DNA of 63,782 nucleotides, counting the filler, from Chiloscyllium plagiosum (lineage: Eukaryota), in the NCBI RefSeq assembly GCF_004010195.1. It is 5 parts of one record of this genome, joined end to end, with 100 filler letters (N's around TTAATTAATTAA, not from the genome) between each part and the next. Parts side by side here need not be neighbours in the genome. Positions count along the whole stretch, not along the records: positions 1 to 21,701 come from NC_057711.1; 4 more parts are not named here. One strand, 5' to 3'. The position numbers were made by a program, and so were the translations under genes. Positions 1 through 11,334 of the stretch are shown piece by piece. The notes under the pieces were generated by a model that was given only the letters and a program-made list of their open reading frames with translations, was not told the origin of the DNA and made no database searches. The first letter of the stretch is position 1, and each line of letters starts with the position of its first letter.

Positions 1-183
1 ATTTCTCTGCCCCCAGCTATAACTCTTGCCCTGTAGTGTACACTTATCCCTCTCCATCACTAGAGTAAAAGTCACTGAATTGTGGTCACTGTCCCCAAAG
101 TGCTCACCTACCTCTAATTCTAACACCTGGCCTGGTTCATTACCCAGAACCAAATCCAGTATGGCCTCACCTCTTGTTGGCCT
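1..183 (-). mobile_element. CR1 LINE ORF2 endonuclease fragment (truncated by window start)
   Basis: Reverse strand translates RPTRGEAILDLVLGNEPGQVLELEVGEHFGDSDHNSVTF, with the APE endonuclease LDL..SDH motifs. Confidence 0.85.
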
Positions 184-569
184 TTAGTTTTTTGTTTCTT
201 TTCTTCTTTTCTCTTTTGTTTATCTTTTTTATTTTACTTATCTCTTGGGAAAAATTTGGTAATGGCAATGGCATCCATTGGCAGTGGCAAGTGATCCCAA
301 GCAGTACGGACACAAGTAGCCCCCGAAGTCTGGACTCATGATGGCAACAGCAGAGGTGAGATTGGGTTCCCAGTGACTTCTGACAAGGCAGTCCTAATGC
401 CGACTCATGGTTGCTGCAACAGAGGCAGGTTTGAGTTCCTGGTGGTGTCTGCGTCCAGTGCAAAGTCATGGAGATGGTGGTAGAGATGGGTTTGGGCACA
501 TTGCAAGTCCTGGCAGCAGTAGCAGTGGCTGCACCAGCGAGTGGACCCAAAACAGATTCATGGAGACAA

Positions 570-1071
570 TATCTTCATCAAATCAAATTGACATCACTGT
601 TCTCTTGGCCAGCATCCTTAACATTAAAGTTTGAACCATATTCAATTAGCTCTGCTGTGGATCACAATGTCCACGTATTTGACATGAGGCACAAATGCTC
701 TGCTCAAACTCGTGACACAGCAAGTTAGTCCCAGGCAGTTCCCTAAGGAAATGCTTCAAGGAAACTCACAAAGTCTCCTTGACAAAGTGTAACATGCCCA
801 TTGACACTGGGAAACCCTGGGCTACCTGAAGTGAAGAGAAAGCATTTGGGAAGTATCAGCTTACCTCAAGTCTCATTGAAAATAGCAACCTGATATCAAA
901 TGTTGACAGAGAAAGGAGTATGCAGCATCCCAACCCCGCTTTCTCACCTCCTACCTTCTACCATGACAGAGACTGTAGATTGTGCATTTGAATCTTCAGT
1001 CACTTGAGAATTCACAGTTCATGGGGAAGCAAGTCACCCTGACCACAAGGAACTGTTTAAGAAGAAGAAGA
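570..1071 (+). mobile_element. RTE-clade LINE, decayed 3' fragment
   Basis: Degenerate RK.FK..LK.SL.KC...WETL-like C-terminal sequence; 3' end ggaagcaagtcaccct...(aag)n matches the tail of the RTE copy ending near 60815. Confidence 0.6.
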
Positions 1072-1345
1072 TATAAGATAAATGGTGCCATTCTAAAAGG
1101 AATGTGAGAACAGAAGGACTTGGACGTATATATGCATAAATCCTTAAAGTGGCAGGATAGTTGAAAGCACTGAAAGTACAAAAATGCAGTATCCCAGGCT
1201 TTATGAATTGGGACATAAATTGCAAATGCAAGGAATTTATGTTAGATCTGTGTATAGCACTGATTTGGCCTCAAGTGAATAATAATATCCACTTCTGGTT
1301 ACCACAGATTAGAAATTTTGTCATTTTGTCATTTGCCATTTTTAT

Positions 1346-2081
1346 CTGTTTGTCATTTTTATAAATGAGCTGGAAGAGGGGTTAGAAGGTTGGGTGAGCA
1401 AGTTTGCGGATGATACGAAAGTCGGAGGAGTTGTTGACAGTGAGGAAGGATGTGGCAGGTTACAGCAGGATATAGAGAAGCTGCAGAGCTGGGCAGAAAG
1501 GTGGCAAATGGAATTCAATGTAGCTAAATGTGAGGTGATTCACTTTGGGAAGAAAAACAAAAAGATGGAGTACTGGGCTAATGGTCGGATACTAATTCTA
1601 TTTGCCAAAGCTATCTCATGTCCCTGTTTTTGCCCTTCTGAGCTCCTTCTTAAGTACACTCCTTTGTATGAGGAAAGACTGAGACACTTGGGGCTGTTTT
1701 CATTAGAGAAAAGAAGGTTTAGGGGTGACTTGATTGAGGTGTACAAGATGATTAGGGGGTTAGATAGGGTTGACAGTGTGAACCGTTTTCCCGCGTATGG
1801 AGTCGGGTATTACAAGGGGGCATAGCTTTAAATTAAGGGGGGGTAGATATAGGACTGAAGTTAGGGGTAGGTTCTTCACTCAGCGAGTCGTAAGTTCATG
1901 GAATGCCCTGCCAGTAGCAGTGGTGGACTCTCCCTCTTTATGGGCATTTAAGCGGGCATTGGATAGGTATATGGAGGATAGTGGGTTAGTATAGGTTAGG
2001 TGGGCTTGGATCGGCGCAACATCGAGGGCCAAAGGGCCTGTACTGCGCTGTATTCTTCTATGTTCTATGTTCTGTGTTCTA
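1346..2081 (+). mobile_element. CR1 LINE 3' fragment (RT C-terminus and 3'UTR)
   Basis: SKFADDTKVGG, LFSLEKRRFRGDLIEVYK, FFTQRVV motifs; ends in (ttctatg)n. Confidence 0.92.
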
Positions 2082-3002
2082 AAGGATATTGAGGAAAGAG
2101 AGCAAAAAACGGTTTCCTGTGAGAGATCCCAGGGATGAAAGGCATCTGTTACATAGGCAAGGTGGAAAAGATGGAACTGGTCTCCTCGGAAAAGTGAAGG
2201 ATAAGAAGAGGCATGATAGAAATATTCAGATTCACGAGGGGTTGGGACAGAGTACATGGAGGACATAGTTGTCGGTGATGTTTCTAAAGGGGTTAATTTT
2301 CATGTTGCTTTGGCTTGACATTCTCTACTTATGTCAACACAGTCTCTAGGAGGACACAAGGAGTTTGACTCTAGCTTTTTGAGGGAGCAGATGTATCTGT
2401 ATTGGCTCTCAAAAGTTCCACTAATTACACTTAACCAATTGTAGTTATACTTATTACTATCACACTCAAAACTTCCTGTTACCTAAGAACAATGCCTCTT
2501 CTGTAGATACTCCATTGTGGTTGGCCTACATCTAAACACTAAATAGGTCTAAGACATGGCAAAGAAAAAATAGGTTTGATGGCAATAAATCACCTCAAAC
2601 AACCCTTACCTCATATCGTGCACTGTAGAGTTAGCAAACACCACAAGATGTCAGCAGTAGACATCTGGGAAAATCCCACTGAAACTTTTCCATTGACGCA
2701 AGGATGGAGACATAGAGGGTACAGGTTTAAAAGGTATTTGGCAAAAGAACATGAGAAAATACTGCTTGAGAGTATTGTGCAGGCAGGTTCAATTAGGCAT
2801 TCAAGAGGAAATTGAATTATTATCAGAAAAGGAAGAATGTGTAAAACTATGGGGAAAGACAGGACAGTAGCAGTAAATGAATTGTTCCTTCACTGAACCA
2901 GCACAGATATTGGCTTTCTTCTAAATTATAACCATTTTATGATTTGATAATTCTAAGATATATTTTAAAATAAGATTTTTAAATTAAATCCTTATGAACA
3001 AT

Positions 3003-3237
3003 TAGGAGAAAGTGAGGACTGCAGATGCTGGAGACAAGAGTTGAAAAATGTGGTGCTAGAAAAACACAGCAGGCCAGGCAGCATCCGAGGAGCAGGAGAA
3101 TCGACGTTTCGGGCATAAGCCCTTCTTCAGGAATCCTGAAGAATTCCTGAAAAAGAGCTTATGCCCGAAACGTCGATTCTCCTGCTCCTCGGTTGCTGTC
3201 TGGCCTGCTCTGTTTTTCCAGCACCACATTTTTCAAC
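3003..3237. mobile_element. Palindromic Penelope terminal-repeat insertion with two hammerhead-like motifs
   Basis: About 97-bp inverted arms (3038-3134 and 3143-3239); flanking direct repeat tccttatgaacaat at 2989-3002 and 3238-3251; same sequence abuts the Penelope RT element at 34943. Confidence 0.85.
3103..3130 (-). ncRNA. Minimal hammerhead ribozyme motif (Penelope-type)
   Basis: Minus strand reads CUGAAGA-A-GGGC UUAU GCCC-GAAA-C-GUC: full core, 4-bp stem II, palindromic ACGU stem III. Confidence 0.6.
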
Positions 3238-4634
3238 TCCTTATGAACAATGTCAAGTTTGGGCCCAACTAACACGTCCTGAATTTAACTGTTCACACAA
3301 TGTCAGCTATTTGCTTGAAGTAGTAATTAGAAATAGTCTAAGCATTATTTTCAGAAGGTGAGAATCATTTTGTTTGTCTTTTATGTGGATAGAAGACATT
3401 ATCAGATGAGGTCTTAGTAATGAAATAATATTTTCATCTGAATTCCTAAAAATGCAAATTACAATATATTTCACAGTACATTCTGTTATTGAGTATTTCT
3501 AGTCGGCACCCAGCACAGTCTTAACAAAAACTAGTAATTTAACAATGTTGATATTGTTGTGTCGAATAAGGTGTTTATATGCTCTTATTGTCTACTATCC
3601 GCATCAAAAACAAGCAAAATACTTGCCACTATTGATAATTTTCCATTATATGTATATGTTCTCCTTTGGCTGATGTCCTGTTTAATGTTTACAGATCTGC
3701 AATGGTCAAGATATTGAGTAGTTGCTATAGTGTGAGCAGCTGACCAAGCGCATCCATTCTTCAATAAACTTGTTATAGTTCTGTTTATAACAATGTCGTT
3801 CACAGTAATAGGTCATGAATAATTTTCCAGTGTGCTGAAACTGAGTTTGCTTATACGGTTTTGAATCAGATAAGAACTTCTGCCCTTTTTCAGTCCAATA
3901 TTGGTATATGGAATGTTTTCAGTTGATAAGCTGACTAAGATTGAAAACGTATAACCAAAGGTCAAGGTCACAGCTCAGCATTTTTATATTTGAGAGATGA
4001 ATGGAAGCAGCAGCGGAACATTTATTTCTTAATAGTATTTTTATCATTCAAATATGAGTCAATCAATTTTCACTTCTGTTGACAAAATAGGAAGTAGTTG
4101 GTAGGGAGGTAGTCTGTGCTGTTTATTCAATCAAAGCAGCTGAGCAAAGTAGAAAAAGATTGAATTAAAAATAGTTTTCTCTATACACTTAAATTTATCT
4201 GATTTCAGTTGAAACATGAATAATCTTTTGGCCTGTTGGAAGCAGTTTATTTTAATTCCAAACCTTACCTGTTTTTTGGTTTGGAGAATTACTTACTAGC
4301 TTGGCATCAGTTTTACTGTGCCCAATCACACCAGTCACAATGTAATTTTCATTACACTGGTGTTCTAAAGTAAACACAGTAAAATCTGGGGAAAACATTT
4401 TCAGTGTTAATTTGGGCAAAGTTTTGCTGACCCCCATGGCTGTAAGAACAGAGACAAGTGGTCCTGTAAAATGGCAAAGGTCTGCATCAGGCTGGCTCCC
4501 CAATCTCATATTGTTGGTGACCTATTTTATGAGATGACAGGAGGGGCCAATTGCAGTCACATTGGCAATGGGTGGGTTGTTAGAAAGTTGCCAAACAGCT
4601 AGTTGTCAGCTATCTTTCTGCCTTTTGACTGATT

Positions 4635-4850
4635 TTATGAATGGTGCAGTTGGCTGGATGACTGGTTTGTGATGCAGAATGATGGCAAGAGCCTAAGTTC
4701 AATTCCTGCATTCGTTGAGGTAACGATGAAGGACTCGCCTTCTCAACCTCTCCCCTTGCCTGAGGCATGGTGACCTCTGGGTTCAAACCATCACCAGTCA
4801 TCTCACTCCAGTGAGACAGCAGCCTTATTTTCCTCTAGGAATATGGCAAT
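4635..4850 (+). mobile_element. tRNA-derived SINE (family also at 13065-13395)
   Basis: A-box-like cagttggctgg and B-box gttcaattcc; body matches 13200-13390. Confidence 0.65.
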
Positions 4851-4879
4851 TAATGCATGGGAGTCAATGGCTGAATGCG

Positions 4880-5200
4880 TGCGGATGTGCTTGATGTTTC
4901 CAGGAACTTGGCACAACTCTTCTCTGCTTAGAGAGTCACAAATGCCTCAGCTCTTCAGGCCACTGAAGAATCGTCATGGCTGTATATATGGGATAAGAAC
5001 CATCCAATGGCATATCTACCCTGTGAGCAATCCCAATGCAAAGACAGAGGAATCAAATAGTGGGTGCCATAACATCACAAGGGCACCACTGAGCAGGACA
5101 TGAGGATTTCGAAGATAAGGTTTAGATGCACTGATAGATCTTGGGAGTCCCTGATACATGCACCATAGAGTATAACCTGCACCTGCTGTACGCTGAATAC
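4880..5200 (+). pseudogene. Harbinger/PIF (HARBI1-like) DDE transposase remnant, C-terminal half
   Basis: FPGTWHNSSLLRESQMPQLF...PVSNP...H..TRA, then a frameshift into KIRFRCTDRSW...CCTL; matches family motifs PGS.HD, TR..IE, RFRCLD, CC.LHN. Confidence 0.75.
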
Positions 5201-5339
5201 CAGAGAGGAGTAATGCTGGAGCTAGGAGAAGATACTGAGTGAGTGGCATCCTCAGAGAAGGAATATCATTAAACACCAGTGGAAATGACATCAAGGGAAC
5301 CAGCTAACCCATACAGTGGAATAGTGAATCAGCATAATA

Positions 5340-5500
5340 AATCTCTTTGGACTGTGGGAGGAAATTGGAGTACCCAGAAGAAACCCACACAAAAATGGAG
5401 AGAATGTGCAAACTCCACACAGACAGTCACCCGAGGCTAGAATCAAATTGGGGTCCCTGGTGCTGTGAGGCAGCAGTGCTAACCACTGAGCCATTGCATT
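5340..5500 (-). mobile_element. HE1-type V-SINE, 5' part
   Basis: Reverse complement of tggctcagtggttagcactgctgcctcacagc...tgtgtggagtttgcacattctcc. Confidence 0.85.
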
Positions 5501-6997
5501 ACCTATTGTTTCCTGCATTCTGTCTCCTTCCCTTCTTGACCAGGGACATCACAAACCTCCCAGAATTTGGTCAGTTCAGGAATATATCAACCAATACTTC
5601 CAATATCTCTGCAGCCACGTCCCTTCAAAGCTTTGGATGCAGGCAACGAGGTCCTGACAATTGTCTGTCTTCCCATTATGTAAGAGGATGAAAGGGTATA
5701 ATCTTGGAAAAAGGGGTCACACTTTTATGACAGAGATAAGGAGGTATTTGTTCTCTCAGAGAATTGTGAATCTGTACAATTTCTTAATACAGATGGCAGT
5801 TGGGGCTGGCATTAAGTATATTCAAGTCTGAGATAGAGACGTTTTTAATCAGTAAAGAAAACAAAGATTATGGGGAAAAGGCAGGAAAATGGAGTCGGAG
5901 GTTATCAGATCAGCCACGATCTCATTGAATAACAGAGCACATCATGTTGTCCTTTGAGGGGTTGGGGACCCCCATAAAGAATCACATGCAACATTGTGCA
6001 ATTAAACACCGTGGATATGCACAGATATCCATAACATGGCCATTTCCAGGAAATAAATGAAACAATGCCTGGATAAGGTGGGCTACCCAAACATTGCCAA
6101 AAAATGGCACACCAAAGGAGGGAACCAGGACTTAAAAGAAGGATAGGCTACAGAAAATCTACAGTCTCCTTAAGTTGTTTCAGTCAGTAAAGCCAGGTCA
6201 GTGGCCTCTTATAACTTGATCAGGTAACAGCTTCTATTATGAATAAAAAAGGTTTTGACAAAATGGTGGAATTAAATAAGACCATAAAACATCGGAGCAG
6301 TAGATCATTCAGTTGTGTACTGGTGGTGAAAGGAGTGAATGTTGAAGTAGGTGAATGCTGTGCCAATTAAGTGGTTGCTTTATTCTGGATGGTGTCAAGC
6401 TTCTTGAACACTGCTGGAGCTATACCTATCCAGGCAAATGGGGAGAATTGGAGATAGTGAAGCTTGTAGATGCTGAAAAGTCAGAGTCAATAAAATGTGG
6501 AGCTGGAAAAAGCAGAGCAGGTCAAGCAACATCAGAGGAGCAGGGGAGTCAACGTTTCAAGTCGGAATCTTTCATCCAACACATCCTGACTTCTGCCTTG
6601 TGGATGGTGACAGACACTGGGGAGACAGGAGTTGAATTGCTCTCACTGAATCCCTAGCTTCTGACCTGCATTTCCAGTTCATTTTTTGGTCAATAGTAAT
6701 CTCCAGAGTGTTGATAGTTGGGAAATTAATTGATAGTCATATCATTGAATGTCAAAGGGAGATGGTTATATTTTCTCTTGTTGGAGAAGATCATTGTCTG
6801 GCACTTGAATAGTGGCCTCCCACTATTCAAACAAACCTGAATATTGTCCAGGTTTTGCTGTTTGTGGACAAAGACTGCAACAGTATTTGAAGAATCATAA
6901 ATGAACAAACCATCTTCCTTTGTTCCAGTTATGACTCCAATGAGGGGTATCCTCAATGTGAAGACAACATTTATCTCCATACTAACTCTAAACTACT

Positions 6998-8508
6998 GAT
7001 AGACAATAAACAATGGGTGCAGGAGTAGGCCATTCTGCCCTTCGAGCCTGTACCACCATTCAATATGATCATGGCTGATCATTATTAAACAGCATCCTGT
7101 TCCTGCCTTATCTCCATAACCCTTGATTCCACTATCCTTGAGAGCTCTATCCAACTCTTTCTTAAATGAATCCAGAGACTGGGCCTCCACTGCCCTCTGG
7201 GGCAGAGCATTCCACACAGCCACCACTCTCTGGGTGAACAAGTTTCTCCTCATCTCTGTCCTAAATGATCTACCCCGTATTTTTAAGCTGTGTCCTCAGG
7301 TTCGGTACTCACCCATCAGCGGAAACATGTTTCCTGCCTCCAGAATGTCCAATCCNNNNNNNNNNNNNNNNNNNNNNNNNNNNNNNNNNNNNNNNNNNNN
7401 NNNNNNNNNNNNNNNNNNNNNNNNNNNNNNNNNNNNNNNNNNNNNNNNNNNNNNNNNNNNNNNNNNNNNNNNNNNNNNNNNNNNNNNNNNNNNNNNNNNN
7501 NNNNNNNNNNNNNNNNNNNNNNNNNNNNNNNNNNNNNNNNNNNNNNNNNNNNNNNNNNNNNNNNNNNNNNNNNNNNNNNNNNNNNNNNNNNNNNNNNNNN
7601 NNNNNNNNNNNNNNNNNNNNNNNNNNNNNNNNNNNNNNNNNNNNNNNNNNNNNNNNNNNNNNNNNNNNNNNNNNNNNNNNNNNNNNNNNNNNNNNNNNNN
7701 NNNNNNNNNNNNNNNNNNNNNNNNNNNNNNNNNNNNNNNNNNNNNNNNNNNNNNNNNNNNNNNNNNNNNNNNNNNNNNNNNNNNNNNNNNNNNNNNNNNN
7801 NNNNNNNNNNNNNNNNNNNNNNNNNNNNNNNNNNNNNNNNNNNNNNNNNNNNNNNNNNNNNNNNNNNNNNNNNNNNNNNNNNNNNNNNNNNNNNNNNNNN
7901 NNNNNNNNNNNNNNNNNNNNNNNNNNNNNNNNNNNNNNNNNNNNNNNNNNNNNNNNNNNNNNNNNNNNNNNNNNNNNNNNNNNNNNNNNNNNNNNNNNNN
8001 NNNNNNNNNNNNNNNNNNNNNNNNNNNNNNNNNNNNNNNNNNNNNNNNNNNNNNNNNNNNNNNNNNNNNNNNNNNNNNNNNNNNNNNNNNNNNNNNNNNN
8101 NNNNNNNNNNNNNNNNNNNNNNNNNNNNNNNNNNNNNNNNNNNNNNNNNNNNNNNNNNNNNNNNNNNCCACCCTCCAATCCGCAGGAACTGATCCTGAAT
8201 CTATAGAACATTGGAAAATGATCACCAATGCTTCCACGATTTCCCGAGCCACCTCCTTCAGTACCCTGGGATGCAGACCATCAGGTCCCGGGGACTTATT
8301 AACCTTCAGACCCAACAGTCTCTCCAACACCAATTCCTGGCAAATATAAATTCCCTTAAGTTCAGGTACTTTAGCCACTATTACCTCAGGGAGATTGCTT
8401 GTGTCTTCCCCAGTGAACACAGATCTGAAATACCAATTCAATTCTTTTGCCATTTCTTTGTTCCCCGTAATATATTCCCCTGTTTCTGTCTTCAAGGGCC
8501 CAATTTTA
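6998..8508 (-). mobile_element. CR1 LINE 3' portion spanning an N gap (same subfamily as 17806-22300)
   Basis: KSPGPDGLHPRVLKEVA and FTQRVV motifs; tail (ttgtcta)n-like. Confidence 0.92.
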
Positions 8509-8520
8509 GATAATGACACA

Positions 8521-8781
8521 TCAGCAATTGTTAGCATTGTGTGGACGAGGTCAAGTAGATTTTTCTCTCTTGCTGGTTTCCTCAACATCTGATGCAGACT
8601 CATCTAGCTGCTATGTCCTTTAGGACAGTATTTTACATCAATACTGGGAATTCAGCAATTGTTCGCATTGTGTGGACGAGGTCAAGTAGATTTTTCTCTC
8701 TTGCTGGTTTCCTCAACATCTGATGCAGATCATCTAGCTGCTATGTCCTTTAGGACAGTATTTTACATCAATACTGGGAAT
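8521..8781 (+). repeat. Near-perfect tandem duplication of about 131 bp within an old LINE endonuclease fragment
   Basis: 8521-8651 versus 8652-8781 differ by one substitution and one 1-bp indel. Confidence 0.9.
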
Positions 8782-9009
8782 ACAGAGTAATTGTCAATGA
8801 TGTACGTTGAGGTCCCCCACCCAGAGCACATTCTTGTTCCCTGGTTTAAAGGGAATAAAAGTCAGCTAATCAGAGTGAAAAAAGATAAGAAGTGAGATCC
8901 CATGAGGATCAGAGTTGGTACTGATTCCAATTTACATTCACAATTTGAGCTTTGAAATCAAAGAATTTATTTCTAAATTTGGAATAGTGCACATTGGGCT
9001 GGTAGTCAA

Positions 9010-9920
9010 TACTGATAAGGACTGATATCCAGGAGGACAGACTAAACTTCCAGAAAAGGCAAGTACTGGCAAATGAAGTTCAATGTAAATAATCATGTAG
9101 AGTGCATTTTGGCAGAAATAATAAATATTTGAAAGGTGTAGAGGAAGACAAGAATCTCAGAGTATAAATGACCAAGGCCATTAAGAAAAGTAAACCAAGC
9201 ACTATAGTTTACGGTTTGAGGATGGGTCACTCGACCTGAAATATTAACTCTGATTTCTCTTCACAGGTGCTGTCAGACCTGCTGAGCTTTTCCAGAAATT
9301 CCTGTTTTTGTTACTACAGTTTACTTTCAGGATGTAGAATTGAAAATTTGCGAGAGTTATGCTAAACCAGTGTTAAACATTGGTTACACCACACTTAGAG
9401 TAATGTGTGCAATTCTATTTGCCTTTATATAAAAGAGAAATTAGAACCACTGGAAAGAGTGCAGAAAAGAAATGAAATAATTGTACAAGACGTGGGTGGG
9501 TATACACATTAGGAAAGGGTTAACAGGCTGAGTCTCTTCTCTTTGAAGAAATGAAGGCTGAGTGACCTAATGAAGGCAATTGAAATTAAAATTGTGAAAG
9601 ATTAAGATATACGGGGTGCAGAGAGAATGTTTTCTCTTGTGAGGAACAGCATAACTAAAGGGCATCAATATAAAAGAGTCACCAAGATATCCAATAGGGA
9701 ATACAAAAGAAATGTCTTTGTCCAGAAAGGAATGTGGAACTCAATACCACAAGGAGTGTTTGGATTGAATAGTATGCAGTAGATGCATTTAAGGGGAAAC
9801 TCAACAAGGACTTGAGGGAGAATGGAATTGATGGTTATGATTTTGATGAGAAAAAAAAGAAGGGCATGAGAATGGAGCATAAACAATGACCTCCACATGT
9901 GCTGAATGGCCTGTTTCTGT
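9010..9920 (+). mobile_element. Old, decayed CR1 3' fragment
   Basis: Degenerate WQMKFNV.K, PHLE.CVQF and LFSL..RL motifs and a CR1 3'UTR. Confidence 0.7.
9213..9312 (+). mobile_element. Short Penelope terminal-repeat insertion with a degenerate hammerhead motif
   Basis: 12-bp flanking repeat actatagtttac (9201-9212) / actacagtttac (9313-9324); ttgagga-gggtc actc gacct-gaaa. Confidence 0.6.
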
Positions 9921-10190
9921 GCTGGTTTATGTCCTACGTATACAAATATAAAATGCTACTAATGCAGCATTAGACCACTAATTTCTAGCTGCTTCGGTTC
10001 CCAGGTTTTTGTAATCACTCCTTGGCAATGAGCTCTGGTAGTTGTCTTCATTAGGTTTGCTGACCTTCTTCTCCCATCTATTGGAAGCAGAAATCTACCC
10101 TTTATCCTGCTGTTTGCACCCACATAAAGGTGCTGTCAGAATGTGGTGCAATCATTCAGTTTGGTGAAATGTCCATAAATTCCATGACTA

Positions 10191-11148
10191 CTTTTCATCA
10201 TTTATATAAACGATTTGGATGTGAGCATAAGAGGTATAGTTAGTAAGTTTGCTGATGACACCAAAATTGGAGGTGTCGTGGACAGCGAAGAAGGTTACCT
10301 CAGATTACAACAGGATCTTGATCAGATGGGCCAATGGGTTGAGAAATGGCAGATGGACTTAGATAAATGTGAAGTGCTGCATTTTGGGAAAGCAAATCTT
10401 AGCAGGACTTATACACTTAATGGTAAGGTCCTAGGGAGTGTTGCTGAACAAAGAGGCCTTGGAGTTCAGCTTCATAGCTCCTTGAAAGTGGAGTCACAGG
10501 TAGATAGGATAGTGAAGAAGGCATTTGGTATGCTTTCTTTATTGGTCAGAATATTGAGAACAGGAGTTGGGAGATCATGTTGCTGCTGTATAGGACATTG
10601 GTTAGGCCACTGTTGGAATACTGCATGCAGTTCTGGTCTCCTTCCTATCAGAAAGATGTTGTGAAACTTGTAAGTGTTCAGAAACGATTTACTAGGATGT
10701 TGCCAGGGTTGGAGGATTTACACTGTAGGGAGAGTGGAACAGGCTAGGGCTGTTTTCCCTGGAGCGTCGGAGGCTGAGGGGTAACCTTATAGAAGTTTAC
10801 AAAATTATGAGGGGCATGGACAGGATAAGTAGGCAAAGTCTTTTCCCTGGGGTCGGGGAGTCCAGAACTAGAGGGCATAGGTTTAGTGTGAGAGGGGAAA
10901 GATATAAAAGAGACCTAAGGGGCACCCTTTTCACACAGAGGGTGGTACGTATATAAAATGAGCTGCCAGAGGAAGTGGTGGAGGCCGGTACATTTGCAAC
11001 ATTTAAAAGACATCTGAATGGGTATATGAATAGGAAGGATTTGGAGGGATATGAACCAGGTGCTGGCAGGTGGGACTAGATTGGGTTGGGATATCTGGAC
11101 CGAAGGGTCTGTTTCCGTGCTGTACATCTCTATGACTCTATGACTCTA
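10191..11148 (+). mobile_element. CR1 (HER1-like) LINE 3' fragment
   Basis: SKFADDTKIGGVVDSEEG; (ctatgact)n tail. Confidence 0.93.
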
Positions 11149-11334
11149 ATATAAATTATCCATCTCTACAATAGGCCGGGCATTCTTCCAGACCGTGGAT
11201 GACATACTGACCTTGATGGAAACCACAGACCAGGCTGGCATGATTAGTGCTGTGGATTCTCCTCGCATGCTGAGGAAAGAGGATGGTCTTCCACTCTACC
11301 ACCAGGACCTCCAGAACCCTGTCAGAAAAAGCAA

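Noticed and set aside
2270..2663. TGT...ACA insert with AATAAA inside an old CR1
   Set aside because: No target-site duplication and boundaries ambiguous; too weak to call an LTR
7123..8603. ORFs of 300-435 aa here, and 243 aa at 35124-35855
   Set aside because: Length comes from translating N runs
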